Shown one piece after another: positions 44,560 through 54,818 of a stretch of 64,000 nucleotides of DNA. The DNA comes from an uncultured Verrucomicrobiae bacterium (lineage in GTDB: Bacteria; Acidobacteriota; Terriglobia; Terriglobales; Acidobacteriaceae): NCBI GenBank assembly GCA_963717535.1, contig OY970344.1, positions 35,306 through 99,305 on the forward strand, given 5' to 3'. The translations under genes were made by a program, and so were the position numbers. The first letter of the stretch is position 1. The number at the start of each line of letters is the position of its first letter. The notes under the pieces were generated by a model, which was not told the DNA's origin, did no database searches, and saw only the letters and a list, made by a program, of their open reading frames with translations.

Positions 44560-45729
44560 ATGCGACTTTTTGTTTTATTTGCACTACTTTGCGCAGCCCC
44601 TTTCGCTGCGCCGGCCCAATGGGAGGTCCAGCGATCCGGAACGGACGCGGACCTTCATGCCGTTTCTGCAGTTTCGGATATGTCGGCATGGGCCAGTGGA
44701 GCGAAAGGCACGGTGTTGCGAACGACGGACGGCGGCGCCACCTGGCTGCAGTGCGCTGCGCCACCGGACGCACAGAGCCTGGACCTGCGGGCGGTCCAGG
44801 GCTTTGACTCGACAACCGCCGTCGTCATGTCGAGCGGCAAAGGGGAGTTGTCGCGCGTCTTCAAAACCACCGACGGCTGCAAGACGTGGGAATTGGTGTT
44901 GCAGAACCCCGATCCGGAAGGCATGTGGGACAGCCTGCAGTTTCAATTTCGCCCGGGCAAAGGGACGGAGAAGGGCTACTTCGCGTTTGGGGTTCTGATC
45001 GGGCACCCGGTGGGTGGGGAATTTGTAATCTTCACCTCCAAGGATTACGGCAGCACTTGGAAGACGCTCCGGGAAGATGAGTCCTTTGCGCCAGGACCCT
45101 CGGCGATGGCGAAGCCGGGCGAGTTTCCGTTTGCATACAGCAACTCCGCACTCAGCCCCGTGGCGGACGGTAACAGCTTTGCCTTTGTCACCGGGGGCGA
45201 GGGCGGGGGACGGCTGCTGTTTCCCTCAGGCGACACCTATGACTTCAGCTACACAGCCATGAGGTACACGTTTTCACAGGTGCAACTGCCGCTCGCGACG
45301 GGGATGACCGCGGGTGCGTTCTCCGTGGCGGCGCGGCGTGCTTCCTCTGACCGCGTAGACCTGATGGTTGTGGGTGGGGATGCGAGCAAGCCGGATGTGG
45401 GCAGCGCCGTGTTCGTCCGGCATGGCGGACCGGCCCTGAAAAAACTACTGGCGCCAAGGGCAGTCGCGGCAGCACAGCCTCCCAGCGGGTTTCGGAGCGC
45501 GGTGGCCTACAACACGGCCTCGGACAGTTGGATCACGGTTGGTCCTAACGGGACCGACGTGTCGCACGATGATGGGAGAACATGGAATCGACTCAGTCCC
45601 TCGGCAGATGAGCGGGCGGACGCAGACAGGAATTGGCAGGCGCTGGCTTTGCCCTTCGTTGTCGGGCCTGACGGACGCATCGGGAAGCTGCATGAGAGAG
45701 CAAGCGCGCCGATGGTCGCGGGCAGGTAG
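44560..45729 (+). CDS. Exported BNR/YCF48-like beta-propeller protein
   Basis: Signal peptide and Asp-box repeats RTTDGGATW, KTTDGCKTW, TSKDYGSTW and VSHDDGRTW. Confidence 0.82.
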   Translation: MRLFVLFALLCAAPFAAPAQWEVQRSGTDADLHAVSAVSDMSAWASGAKGTVLRTTDGGATWLQCAAPPDAQSLDLRAVQGFDSTTAVVMSSGKGELSRVFKTTDGCKTWELVLQNPDPEGMWDSLQFQFRPGKGTEKGYFAFGVLIGHPVGGEFVIFTSKDYGSTWKTLREDESFAPGPSAMAKPGEFPFAYSNSALSPVADGNSFAFVTGGEGGGRLLFPSGDTYDFSYTAMRYTFSQVQLPLATGMTAGAFSVAARRASSDRVDLMVVGGDASKPDVGSAVFVRHGGPALKKLLAPRAVAAAQPPSGFRSAVAYNTASDSWITVGPNGTDVSHDDGRTWNRLSPSADERADADRNWQALALPFVVGPDGRIGKLHERASAPMVAGR

Positions 45730-45861
45730 CACCACGGTGGCGGCGCTATAAGTACCACGAGACCGTGGAAGACAAGGCAAACCTTGCGCCGGGAGCCCCG
45801 ACTGCTGTTTAGTTCTATCCGGGGGTGCGATAGCATCTCAGGAGAAGAACGAGGAGACACG

Positions 45862-46092
45862 ATGTTGTTTCATGATTCAAAGGATGAGTCGGCCTGGGGA
45901 CTGGCCCTGGTTGGGTTTCTAGCAGTGGTGATGGCGGCCTTCCTTGGCCACGTAACGGGTGAGGTGCAGCCCAAGGCTCCGGTGCAGATCTCTCATCCGG
46001 ATACCTCATCACCCGACCTGCGTGAGCATGTGGATGCGCCGAATCCGCATGGAAGCTCGTCCTCCCCGTACCCGCAACCTCCAGTGAAGTAG
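45862..46092 (+). CDS. Small single-TM protein with Pro-rich tail
   Basis: GAGGAG SD. MLFHDSKDESAWGLALVGFLAVVMAAFLG. Confidence 0.55.
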   Translation: MLFHDSKDESAWGLALVGFLAVVMAAFLGHVTGEVQPKAPVQISHPDTSSPDLREHVDAPNPHGSSSSPYPQPPVK

Positions 46093-46100
46093 GCCGTCAG

Positions 46101-46271
46101 TCAGCGATGTGCCGAAGCGAGGTTGCGTCCCGCGGCTGATTTCTTCGGTCTGTCGTAAAACCGTGGGTACGCCCGTATGCCGCGTGCCGTGAAGTAGGCC
46201 AGCACGGAAAGATTCAGCAGCGCGCCCGCACTGATCAGAGATACGATACCGGCGACTGCAAGGACGCGCAT
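46101..46271 (-). CDS. Possible small membrane protein (56 aa)
   Basis: MRVLAVAGIVSLISAGALLNLSVLAYF hydrophobic helix and a basic tail. No strong SD. Confidence 0.35.
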   Translation of the reverse strand: MRVLAVAGIVSLISAGALLNLSVLAYFTARGIRAYPRFYDRPKKSAAGRNLASAHR

Positions 46272-46363
46272 TGATGCATCCTGACAGCGTGTGCGCACAG
46301 GGTGCAATCCCACTCTCGGCATGCCCTCGTGTGACGAACGTGGATTACTGACGGTGGACGACT

Positions 46364-48202
46364 CTAAACAGCCTGGAGGATCTCTTCTTCCAGGCTTTGC
46401 TTCGTGACCAGGTCCGCATAGTACCCACCGCGCTCCACAAGTTCGTCGTGGGTACCCAGTTCCGCGATGCGGCCATCGATGAGCACCGCGATGCGATCAG
46501 CGTTGCGCGCCGTGCTCGCGCGGTGAGCGATCAGAAGCGTCGTGCGGTCCTGCATCGCGGTGCGCAGACCGCTCAGGATCTGCTCCTCCGTGTAGGTGTC
46601 CACAGAGGCGAGAGCGTCGTCCAGGATCAGGATGCGCGGCTCGCGGATGAGGGCGCGGGCGATGGCGCTGCGCTGCTTCTGTCCGCCTGAAAGCGTGACG
46701 CCCCGTTCCCCCACGATGGTCCTGAAGCCATGCGGGAATTCCAGTATTTCTTTGCCGATATGCGCGGTTTGCGCGGCTTCCAGGACCTCGTCGTACGTGG
46801 CGTCAGGGCGGCCGAACGCGATGTTGTCCTGAACGGTGGTGGAGAAGAGGAAGGTCTCCTGCGGCACAAAACCAATGTTTTGTCGCAGCTTCGCCAAGGT
46901 GTACTCGCGAATGGGCTGGCCATCAATGAAGACCTGCCCGGGCTCCGCGTCGAAGAGGCGGGGAATCAGGGAGACGAGGGTGGATTTACCGCTGCCTGTC
47001 GGGCCGACAACAGCCAGTGAGGTGCCAGCAGGGATTCGGAGCGAGACGTTGTGGAGGATCTCGGGGCCGGTGTCGTAGCGGAAGGTGAGGTGGCGGAACT
47101 CGATCTCACCCCTGAGGTCGGTCTGGGAGGAGGTTCCGTTCAGTGGTGCATCCAGATGCTGGAAATGCTGAGTGCCTGCGGAGTCGCTGTTGAAATGTCG
47201 GATCTGAGACTTTGAGGTTTCAACGACAGCCTCGCGGTCATCGATGGCCGGCTTTTCCGTAAGCAGCGCGTCGATCCGGGTGACACTCGCGGCGCCGCGC
47301 TGAACAAGGTTCACCACCCAGCCAATCGCGATCATAGGCCAGGTGAGCTGGACCATGTAGACGTTATAGCTGGTGAACTGGCCGACTGTGAGGCGGTGCT
47401 GAACCACCTCGCGGCCGCCGACCAGGAGCGTCAACATGAGGCTGACGCCAAGCACCAGCTCCAGGGTGGGCCATAGCATCGCCATCAGCCGGGCGAGCAG
47501 CAGACTGCGGCGGATGTACTCGCGGTTGGAGTCCTCGAATGCGGCAATCTGGGCTTCTTCCTGGGCGAACGCTCGGATCAGCCGTGCGCCAGAGAAGTTC
47601 TCCTCTGCCTGCGCCGATATGTCCGAAAACATGGCCTGAATGCGCTCAAAGCGCGTGTGGATCCGGGCTCCGAAGTACTGCACAAGGACTGACGCGAAAG
47701 GCAGCGGCAGGAAGGCGATGATAGTAAGCCGGGGGCTCATGCGAATCATGAACGGCAGCGCCGCCGCGGTGAAGACCACCGTGTTGGCGGAGTACATAAT
47801 CGCCGGGCCGAGCAGCTGGCGAACGGCGCTCAGATCGTTCGTAGAGCGCGCCATGATGTCGCCGGTCCGGTTGCGATGAAAAAAGGAGGGCGGCTGCCGT
47901 TCGAGGTGGGCGAAGAGGTCGTTGCGGAGATCAAATTCGATCTCACGGGACGCGCCAATGATGATCTGCCGCGTGAGATAGAGGCAGATGGCCGAAACAA
48001 CGGCCACGCCGAGGAGCTCAAGCGCGTGCTGCCAGACAGCCGCGGCGTGGATATTCCGGCGCATATCGTCCACAGCGGTGCCGACCAGGAGTGGAATCGT
48101 AGCCTTGGCGCAGTTATAGACGACCAGCGCCAAACCGCCCAGCGCGAACTGCCGCCAGTACCGGCGCAAATAGGGGAAGAGCGGGCTTAGGCGATTGAAC
48201 AT
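46364..48202 (-). CDS. ABC exporter, fused permease/ATPase (MdlA/YheI-like)
   Basis: Six-TM domain, GPTGSGKS, LSGGQKQR, ILILDDA and IAHR. Start trimmed to MFNRLSP. Confidence 0.93.
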   Translation of the reverse strand: MFNRLSPLFPYLRRYWRQFALGGLALVVYNCAKATIPLLVGTAVDDMRRNIHAAAVWQHALELLGVAVVSAICLYLTRQIIIGASREIEFDLRNDLFAHLERQPPSFFHRNRTGDIMARSTNDLSAVRQLLGPAIMYSANTVVFTAAALPFMIRMSPRLTIIAFLPLPFASVLVQYFGARIHTRFERIQAMFSDISAQAEENFSGARLIRAFAQEEAQIAAFEDSNREYIRRSLLLARLMAMLWPTLELVLGVSLMLTLLVGGREVVQHRLTVGQFTSYNVYMVQLTWPMIAIGWVVNLVQRGAASVTRIDALLTEKPAIDDREAVVETSKSQIRHFNSDSAGTQHFQHLDAPLNGTSSQTDLRGEIEFRHLTFRYDTGPEILHNVSLRIPAGTSLAVVGPTGSGKSTLVSLIPRLFDAEPGQVFIDGQPIREYTLAKLRQNIGFVPQETFLFSTTVQDNIAFGRPDATYDEVLEAAQTAHIGKEILEFPHGFRTIVGERGVTLSGGQKQRSAIARALIREPRILILDDALASVDTYTEEQILSGLRTAMQDRTTLLIAHRASTARNADRIAVLIDGRIAELGTHDELVERGGYYADLVTKQSLEEEILQAV

Positions 48203-48325
48203 CGGTCTGTGGTTTGATTCTCCGGAGACGACCGGTGCTTCAGGATTTATCCGTCCTCCGAGAGGGCTGGTGCCCCGTTCCCCCAAAGAAGAGCAGAGGA
48301 AGAACGGAGCACCGGACGGGACGGC

Positions 48326-49156
48326 CTACTGGGGTGGCTTTGCCGGTGCACCCGGGGTGGAGGGCGCCGTCTGGGGCTGGGTCGCAGCTGGAGGCGAAGG
48401 TGCGGCCCCAGGGCTAGGAGGCGGCGCGCCCGCGCCCGGCTCGGCGGGTTGGCCCGGAGCACCTGCTGGGGGCGCCGGGGGAGTAGGCGGCGTCGGTGCC
48501 TTGTCGCTTTGGCCTACGAGCTCCATGTCAAAGACGAGCATGGACTTGGCCGGGATCTTCGGGGGCTGACCGGCGGCGCCGTACGCGAACTGGTACGGGA
48601 TGTAGAGCCGGCGCTTGCCACCGATGTGCATGCCTTCAAAGCCGAGATCCCAGCCGGCGATCACGCGGTGCGCGCCGTAGGGGAAGGTCAGACCGCCCTT
48701 GGTTTCCTCGTGGTCTTCGGAACTGTCGAACTTGTTGCCGTCCGTGGTCCAGCCCGTGTACTTCACCGTGTAGTACTGCTGCGGTTTGGCGAGTTCGCCC
48801 GTACCGGGTGCGATGTCGGCGTAGTCCAGCGAGATGACGACGGGAAGTTCGTTGAAAAGAGTTGTGCGGAAACGCTGGGCGATGGGCGCCAGGTAATCCA
48901 GACGATCCGACACAGTGAACAGCGGCTTCGGGCATCCCGCGCTGGCCGGAAGCGCGGGGATCTTGTCGGAGATGGGGGGAAGGGTCGCGCAGACCGGCGT
49001 GGCTGAGGTCTTGGCTGCACTCGTGGCTGCAGCGGTGTGATGGGCGGTTGAAGAAGCCGTGTGGTGTGTCGTGGTCGCCGGGTGGCTGGCGGTCTGTGCG
49101 AGGGCTAGGGGGCCGGTGAGGGCCAGGCTTGCTAGGAGCAGGGGCGAACGGTGCAT
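48326..49156 (-). CDS. Exported FKBP-type peptidyl-prolyl isomerase
   Basis: YTVKYTGWTTDGNKFDSS, VIAGWD.G..GM.IGGKRRLYIP..AYG and IPAKSMLVFDMEL. Pro/Ala-rich tail. Confidence 0.93.
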   Translation of the reverse strand: MHRSPLLLASLALTGPLALAQTASHPATTTHHTASSTAHHTAAATSAAKTSATPVCATLPPISDKIPALPASAGCPKPLFTVSDRLDYLAPIAQRFRTTLFNELPVVISLDYADIAPGTGELAKPQQYYTVKYTGWTTDGNKFDSSEDHEETKGGLTFPYGAHRVIAGWDLGFEGMHIGGKRRLYIPYQFAYGAAGQPPKIPAKSMLVFDMELVGQSDKAPTPPTPPAPPAGAPGQPAEPGAGAPPPSPGAAPSPPAATQPQTAPSTPGAPAKPPQ

Positions 49157-49290
49157 GTCGTGTCTAGTGTAAGCGAGCGCCCGCGATGCGGAGATTGCGA
49201 AAGGGCAAGCACGTCCCCGGAGATCCAAGCGTTACCGGCAAAAGCCAGGCTCCGGAATACTGCCGGAGCCTGGCTCGCGAGACCTGGACC

Positions 49291-50991
49291 TTACTGGACG
49301 GCGGAGCAGAAGGTGCTGTCGTTCACCTGGGTCAGGACAAGGTTGTTGGCCGCCAAATTGCGGAAGTAGCAGCCAAAGTTAGCGTCTTTGCCGCCGAAGG
49401 TGGAATGGGCAGCGTTGTTGTCGTGATAAACCAGGGCTCCGGCGGCGTTGTAGTGCAGAGTGTCGCTGGCTTCCACGGTCTCGTGCGTCACGGTTGGGTT
49501 GGGGCTGCTGCCCCCCTGGGGCGATTGGAACTCCTCTACCTTTTGCTGATGGACATAGGTGGTCTGGTAGGCTCCGCCGTCGTTATTGTCGTTGGGGGCA
49601 TAAGTGTAGTCGAGTTCGAGCGGATAGCTGATGGTGTGCACCGTCTCCGTTGTACCTGACGGCGAAGTTGAGGTAGTCACCTCCTGCTGATCGGCCTGCT
49701 GGCTTACATTTTGCTGGAAGCGCGTGTTCGAGACATCGTTGGATTGCAGGTTGTGGAAGCTGTTCGTGGCGGTGATGGTGATGTCCGTGCGGCCCGCGGC
49801 TGTGACTACGTAGCCAGAGATCTGCCACGCGCGGAAGCTTTGCACGTTTACGGGACCCGAGACAGTGCCATCCGCGGCGGTGCCAATGTAGGTCTCGATA
49901 GAGGGCGAGGGCTCCGGGGCGAGTGTGTCCTGCGTGAGGCCGCCCGTGACAACGAGGCTGTTCGGGTCAGTGTAGAGCAGCAAATTTGCTGCCTCGGAGA
50001 AGCCCTGCGAGGCGTTGTAGACGGAGACGGCTACCGTGTGCGGCTTACCGTCCGAGAGGACGCCGGCGAACGGGGTGAGGTCGACGCGATAGGGCTTCAG
50101 GTTGAGGGTTTCGATGCCGGTGACCGGCTCCCAGAGATACGGATCGATGCCGCCGGTGTAGATCCAGGGGTACACGGGCGCGACCCCGGCTGGCGTGCCA
50201 TCGATGGTCACCTCGGTCTCGCGAAAGCCCGTGTTGCCGCAGTTCTGAAGCGCCGTTGCAACCGAGTTGGGGACGCAGGTGTACCAGAACTCATCGCTGC
50301 TCTGGGACTGTGAGATGACGTCGAGGTATGCACGGGTGACGTTGCGTGGCAGCGTGAAGGTCGCACTTTGCCGGTCCGTTGTGGAGTTCAAGAAGGTGGT
50401 CTGGTTATAGGCGAGAGGAAGGACCACGGAGGGCACCACCGGGGCTTTGTTCTCCGGATCGGCGGGGTAGAAGAGCAGCTTCGCGCTGGCGTAGATGATG
50501 CCGGTATAGGTGGAGTTCACGGTGTTGCCGATGTTGGCGATTCCGAACTCAGAGTGGGTGAGCAGGGTGCTGTAGTCGGTGAGGTCGCGCTCCACGTGCC
50601 AGGAGGGCGAGAGCGCGCTACGCGGCTCCGCAGTTGTGCCAAAGAAGATGTTTGCGCCCCCGAGAAAGAACGTTGCCGTGCGATCGTATTGGCGGCCAGC
50701 AGAGACAGTGAAGTCGGCAGTGAGCACGACGCGGGCCCATGGACCCGGGCAGGCCGGCGGTGGGGCGTACTGGAAGACCTTACCGCTATAGTCCGCGAAG
50801 GCGAGGTTGCTGAAGAGCGTAACGGCGCACGGCGTGGTGCTTGGTCGCGGCACGTTGGGCTCGGGCGATACCGGGTTAGAAGACCCCACCTGCGGTACGA
50901 GCGGCGCGGGAACAACTTGTCCGGGCAGAGTTAGTGGAAGAGCAAGAACGGCGGCGGCGGCGCTCAAAAAGCATGGCTTCCGGAGGGGCAT
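49291..50991 (-). CDS. Peptide-N-glycosidase A / acidobacterial PNGase H+-like amidase
   Basis: GRQYDRT...FFGTTAEP, WHVERDLTDY, SQSSDEFWY, GFRETEVTIDG..AG..PVYPWIYTGGIDPYLW.P and YRVDLTPFAG. Confidence 0.88.
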   Translation of the reverse strand: MPLRKPCFLSAAAAVLALPLTLPGQVVPAPLVPQVGSSNPVSPEPNVPRPSTTPCAVTLFSNLAFADYSGKVFQYAPPPACPGPWARVVLTADFTVSAGRQYDRTATFFLGGANIFFGTTAEPRSALSPSWHVERDLTDYSTLLTHSEFGIANIGNTVNSTYTGIIYASAKLLFYPADPENKAPVVPSVVLPLAYNQTTFLNSTTDRQSATFTLPRNVTRAYLDVISQSQSSDEFWYTCVPNSVATALQNCGNTGFRETEVTIDGTPAGVAPVYPWIYTGGIDPYLWEPVTGIETLNLKPYRVDLTPFAGVLSDGKPHTVAVSVYNASQGFSEAANLLLYTDPNSLVVTGGLTQDTLAPEPSPSIETYIGTAADGTVSGPVNVQSFRAWQISGYVVTAAGRTDITITATNSFHNLQSNDVSNTRFQQNVSQQADQQEVTTSTSPSGTTETVHTISYPLELDYTYAPNDNNDGGAYQTTYVHQQKVEEFQSPQGGSSPNPTVTHETVEASDTLHYNAAGALVYHDNNAAHSTFGGKDANFGCYFRNLAANNLVLTQVNDSTFCSAVQ

Positions 50992-51434
50992 TGGGGCTCC
51001 TGGCTTGTTGCGGAGGATGTGTCCCTTGAGCATAGCGGAACCGACCGCGCCGATAGCGGGCCGTGCACAGCCATTGCGTGCCCAATGTGAAAGGCGCGTT
51101 CAGAGCCATGTCCACGGCGTGTACTTCGTTCTCTGACGACAAATGACACGGATCCCTTGAGTCCTCTGTTTGGCTGGCGTAGGTTGGGACTCGCACCTTC
51201 TGCGAAGCCTGCAGTCCACCGTTGGGTGGCGGGCCTCAAGGGCCGGAGGCCGGCGTAGAGGTACTGCTTTCACCGCACCCGTTTTCCTCGTGCACCGCTT
51301 GCGTGATAGTTCAGGCATGCCCCACGAGGAGCTTGAGTCGGGGCAAGGCTTCATCTGGCTGACGTGGGTTGGGCGACTTCTTCAGCCATTAGGTTCCTGT
51401 CTGCCGGGCCTCAATTCAGCTCAGGAGAAATCAC

Positions 51435-52196
51435 ATGATCAGCAAGACAAGTTTTCGCCTCGCTCTCGCGGGAGTTTTCTTTTTTGCGTCGCCCTTTGTC
51501 CGTCCGGCTAGTGCAGGTCCCATCACGATGTCGGTCGACTACTACACGGTTGTGAACGGCGATCCAGACGTCGAAAAGACCATCGATGGGCCCTTCAACA
51601 ATGAGGTCCAGGGAAGCCTCGGACCGAATGGTCTTCCCGTGCTGAACACGAGCTACGGGGGCAACACCATCAACGACGTGAACGGCAGCGGCGAACTTAC
51701 GTACTGGAGCCCAGGCTTCAATCCAAACGTCACTCACACAGGGTCCGGTACGGTGTCAGTTCCCATCAGTGACACCAACCTGTTCCCGCCGAATGGAACA
51801 GGAACTCTTGACGGAGGAAACGGATTCCAATCCGCATGGTTCCATACGGGCATCAATGTGCCGGTGTCGGAGACGCTCAACTTTACCATTGGCGCAGACG
51901 ATGACGCCTTCGTTTACCTGGACGGTTCTGTGGTTTGCGATATCGGCGGCGTCCACCCGAATGTGCAGGGCAGCTGCACTACACCTACGGTCACCGCAGG
52001 CAATCACACACTCGGAATCTACTATGCGGATCTGCACACAGTCGCTGCGTCGCTGGACTTCTCCGTGAACACGGCCAATATCACCAACGCGGTACCTACT
52101 CCCGAGCCATCGTCCTTGCTGCTGCTGTCCACGGGCCTGCTCGGCGCGGGAGCTCTCTTGAAAAGAAAGATCCCATCAGGCAAGTTCTTGGGTTGA
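51435..52196 (+). CDS. PEP-CTERM protein with fibro-slime/PA14-like domain
   Basis: AGGAG SD and signal peptide. ADDDAFVYLDG...DIGGVH. C-terminal PTPEPSSLLLLSTGLLGAGALLKRK sorting signal. Confidence 0.88.
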   Translation: MISKTSFRLALAGVFFFASPFVRPASAGPITMSVDYYTVVNGDPDVEKTIDGPFNNEVQGSLGPNGLPVLNTSYGGNTINDVNGSGELTYWSPGFNPNVTHTGSGTVSVPISDTNLFPPNGTGTLDGGNGFQSAWFHTGINVPVSETLNFTIGADDDAFVYLDGSVVCDIGGVHPNVQGSCTTPTVTAGNHTLGIYYADLHTVAASLDFSVNTANITNAVPTPEPSSLLLLSTGLLGAGALLKRKIPSGKFLG

Positions 52197-52220
52197 TGCC
52201 TGCGGTTGATGTCGCTCACA

Positions 52221-52255
52221 CTGTGCGCTGCTCCCCGGCGCACAGCTTTTGTTTT
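52221..52255 (+). terminator. Intrinsic terminator after the PEP-CTERM gene
   Basis: CTGTGCGCTG-CTCCC-CGGCGCACAG followed by CTTTTGTTTT. Confidence 0.7.
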
Positions 52256-52286
52256 GGCCTGAAGTGCGTGTCCGTCTCCGCATTGC

Positions 52287-54668
52287 TTATGTAGGCGTGC
52301 GCAGCAGCAGGTAGCTGCCGAGCATGGCAAATAACAGGTCCGGCGACCACGCCGCCAGCAAGGCCGGCAGCGACGCAACGTCGCCCAGGTTCTCAAAGAT
52401 ATTCGCCACAACGTAGTACGCAATGGCGACACCGATCGCGGTGCCAAGACCCGCGATGTTACCGCGTTTGCCCGTGCTGAGCGCGAAGGGAACCGCGACG
52501 ATGGCCATCACCAGCGTCACCAGCGGGTAGGCAAGCTTGCGGTTGAGCTGGACACGCAGGCGAGTAGTGTCGAAGCCGGATTGTTGCAGGTCGTTAATAT
52601 AGCGCGTGAGCTCGTCGTAGCTCATCTCCTGCGACGGGCGCTCTTCCTTCTTGAAGTAGGCAGGCTGCTCGCGGATCTCGGGAAAGGTGGCGACGCTAAA
52701 GGTGGAGAAGGCGGACACCGTGTCGGCCTGGAAGGTGCGCTCCCAGCCGTCTGCGAGCACCCAGCGGGAGGTCTGCGGATCCCAGTGCGCTGAGGAGGCA
52801 AACAGCCGCCGTGTCAGCCCAAAGGTGCCGGGTTGAAACTCAAAGACGGTAAGGTTCGCGAAGACGTCCTTGTCGGGGTCGAAGAACTGGTAGTAAAAGA
52901 TGCGGGTGGGGTCGTTGGAGCCGGCGGTCTGGCCGGAGATCCACTTGCGGTCAGGACGCAAAAAGGTCTGCGCGGGCTTGCCCTTGATCTCGGAGAGAAG
53001 CGCTTCCTGACGCCGATTCGCCTGCGGCAAATACAGCTCGTCAAAGGCGAAGAGAGAGATGGCAAGCACGGCGGCGATCACCAGGATCGGCGCAACGACG
53101 CGGTACAAACTAACACCCGTGGCCTTCATCGCGGTGAGCTCGGATGTGCGACTTAGCGCGCCAAAGGTGATCAGCACGGCAACCAGTGAGCAGAGCGGCG
53201 TCATGTTGTACAGCACGAATGGAATCAGGTTGATCAGGTAGTCGCCGACCGTGACCAGCGGTGTGCGGTAGCGGACAATGTCGCCAATCAGCTCGAAGAA
53301 CGTGAAGATCAGAAACAGGACGGTAATGCAGAGGAGGACCAGGGCGAAGTTGCGCAGAAAGCTGCCCATAACGTACTCGTCCAGAATCAGCGGGAACCGC
53401 GCGTGCAGCGCCCGGCGCAGGCGTTGCATCGGGCCCGTGGAGCGGCCATACCCATCAGCGTTCACCACGCCCGCTGCCGGGGAGAGCTCCTGCGACCGAG
53501 TGGGCCGGCGGATGGCTGCGCCGAGAGAGGCGATGCCTGCGAGCGCTGCGCTTCCCGTAGACATCTGCCGAACGAGCAGCATACCGGCCAGGCTAAAGAG
53601 AACGTTGGCGGCCCACACACCGGCCAGGGCAGGCACTTTGCCGTCGCGCGCAAGCGCGATCCCCATCGACGATGCGAAGTAATACAGGAACACAAGAAGC
53701 AGCGTGAGGACGAATGCCGCACCCTTGCCGCCGCGCTTCGAGCTGAGACCCAGCGGAACGCCCACCAGCATGAGCACAAGGCAGGCCGTCGGCGTCGCCA
53801 GGCGGCGCTGCAGCTCGATCTTGTACGTCTGGGCACGCGTAGGATTCGGGTCGTGTGCGCGACGGCGAACCTCGGACGTCGTCATCGCCTGCAGCGGCGT
53901 GTCGCGGCGCGTGAGGTGCTGCGCCTCCTCCTGCTGCCCGGTCTGGACAGGGAGGTCGGTAGACGCGAAGGTGGACAGGTCGTACTGGTCCGGGTGCGCG
54001 GCCGAAGTATCGTGGCGTCCCCCGTCCGAAAGCTCGAGATGCAGCGTCTGGCCACTGCCTAGAACTACGGCATCCTTGGCCGTGATGATGTGGGGGCTTG
54101 CTGGCGTGGAAAGGTCCGCGAGAAAGACATTCTTCCAAAGCGCCGTCCCGTTTGTGCCGGGCATAACGTCCTGCACGTAGAGAACATAGTTCTTGAGGTC
54201 TTCGTAGAAGACGCGGGGCTGGATCTCAATGCTGGCCTGGGTTGTCTTGGCCTGCTCCTCGTACCGAAGCAACGCCTGTGTCGCGCGGGGGGCGATCACC
54301 AAGGCGTTGTAGAGGCCTAGCACCCAGCAGGCCGTCGCAAGGAGGCTCACGATGCGAAGAAAACTCATCACCCCCATGCCCGAGGCGCGCATCGCCGTGA
54401 TTTCACTGTCTGCCGCCAAACGGCTCAGGCCCAGCAGAATGCCAATCAGCACGGCCATGGGCAGCGTCAACGTAAGAAAATTGGGCAACAGATAGCTGAA
54501 CAGCCGAAGCAGATCGAGCGGAGAGGCGATGCCGCGAACAAAGAGCTCAAGCAGCGGCAGCAGATAACGCAGCAGAAGAATGAAGGTGAAGAGCAGCCCG
54601 CCAAGCAGTGCGTAGCCGATGATCTCGCGCAGGATGTAGCGGGTCAGGATGCGAGGGCGGATCTGCAT
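52287..54668 (-). CDS. Fused LptF-LptG LPS export permease
   Basis: Two tandem YjgP/YjgQ modules. First: ILTRYILRE...SEITAMRASG. Second: ILDEYV...SELTAMKATG...AAWSPDLLF. Confidence 0.88.
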   Translation of the reverse strand: MQIRPRILTRYILREIIGYALLGGLLFTFILLLRYLLPLLELFVRGIASPLDLLRLFSYLLPNFLTLTLPMAVLIGILLGLSRLAADSEITAMRASGMGVMSFLRIVSLLATACWVLGLYNALVIAPRATQALLRYEEQAKTTQASIEIQPRVFYEDLKNYVLYVQDVMPGTNGTALWKNVFLADLSTPASPHIITAKDAVVLGSGQTLHLELSDGGRHDTSAAHPDQYDLSTFASTDLPVQTGQQEEAQHLTRRDTPLQAMTTSEVRRRAHDPNPTRAQTYKIELQRRLATPTACLVLMLVGVPLGLSSKRGGKGAAFVLTLLLVFLYYFASSMGIALARDGKVPALAGVWAANVLFSLAGMLLVRQMSTGSAALAGIASLGAAIRRPTRSQELSPAAGVVNADGYGRSTGPMQRLRRALHARFPLILDEYVMGSFLRNFALVLLCITVLFLIFTFFELIGDIVRYRTPLVTVGDYLINLIPFVLYNMTPLCSLVAVLITFGALSRTSELTAMKATGVSLYRVVAPILVIAAVLAISLFAFDELYLPQANRRQEALLSEIKGKPAQTFLRPDRKWISGQTAGSNDPTRIFYYQFFDPDKDVFANLTVFEFQPGTFGLTRRLFASSAHWDPQTSRWVLADGWERTFQADTVSAFSTFSVATFPEIREQPAYFKKEERPSQEMSYDELTRYINDLQQSGFDTTRLRVQLNRKLAYPLVTLVMAIVAVPFALSTGKRGNIAGLGTAIGVAIAYYVVANIFENLGDVASLPALLAAWSPDLLFAMLGSYLLLRTPT

Positions 54669-54818
54669 GCGCGGCGGCTACCGAGAGTTTACCGTGCCGG
54701 GGCCGTGATCTGTGTTTCGGCTTCGCTGCGGCATCTCCTGCGCGCTCGGTCCGCTTCAAGCAAGGTGAGCGCGAGAGAACCAGGGACGCCGCCGGGGGGA
54801 CGGCATCCCTGATGCCTG

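Noticed and set aside
48326-48500. Pro/Ala-rich FKBP tail and the Ala/Pro-rich PepSY linker (17690-17870) as DNA repeats
   Set aside because: Low-complexity coding linkers without exact tandem units.
51180-51260. GGGAC...AGCC words upstream of the PEP-CTERM gene resembling a c-di-GMP-I riboswitch
   Set aside because: The GCAAACC and GCAAAGC elements and the GAAA tetraloop are absent.
51200-51434. Sigma54 promoter expected for a PEP-CTERM gene
   Set aside because: No convincing GG-N10-GC (TGGCAC-N5-TTGC) element found by eye.
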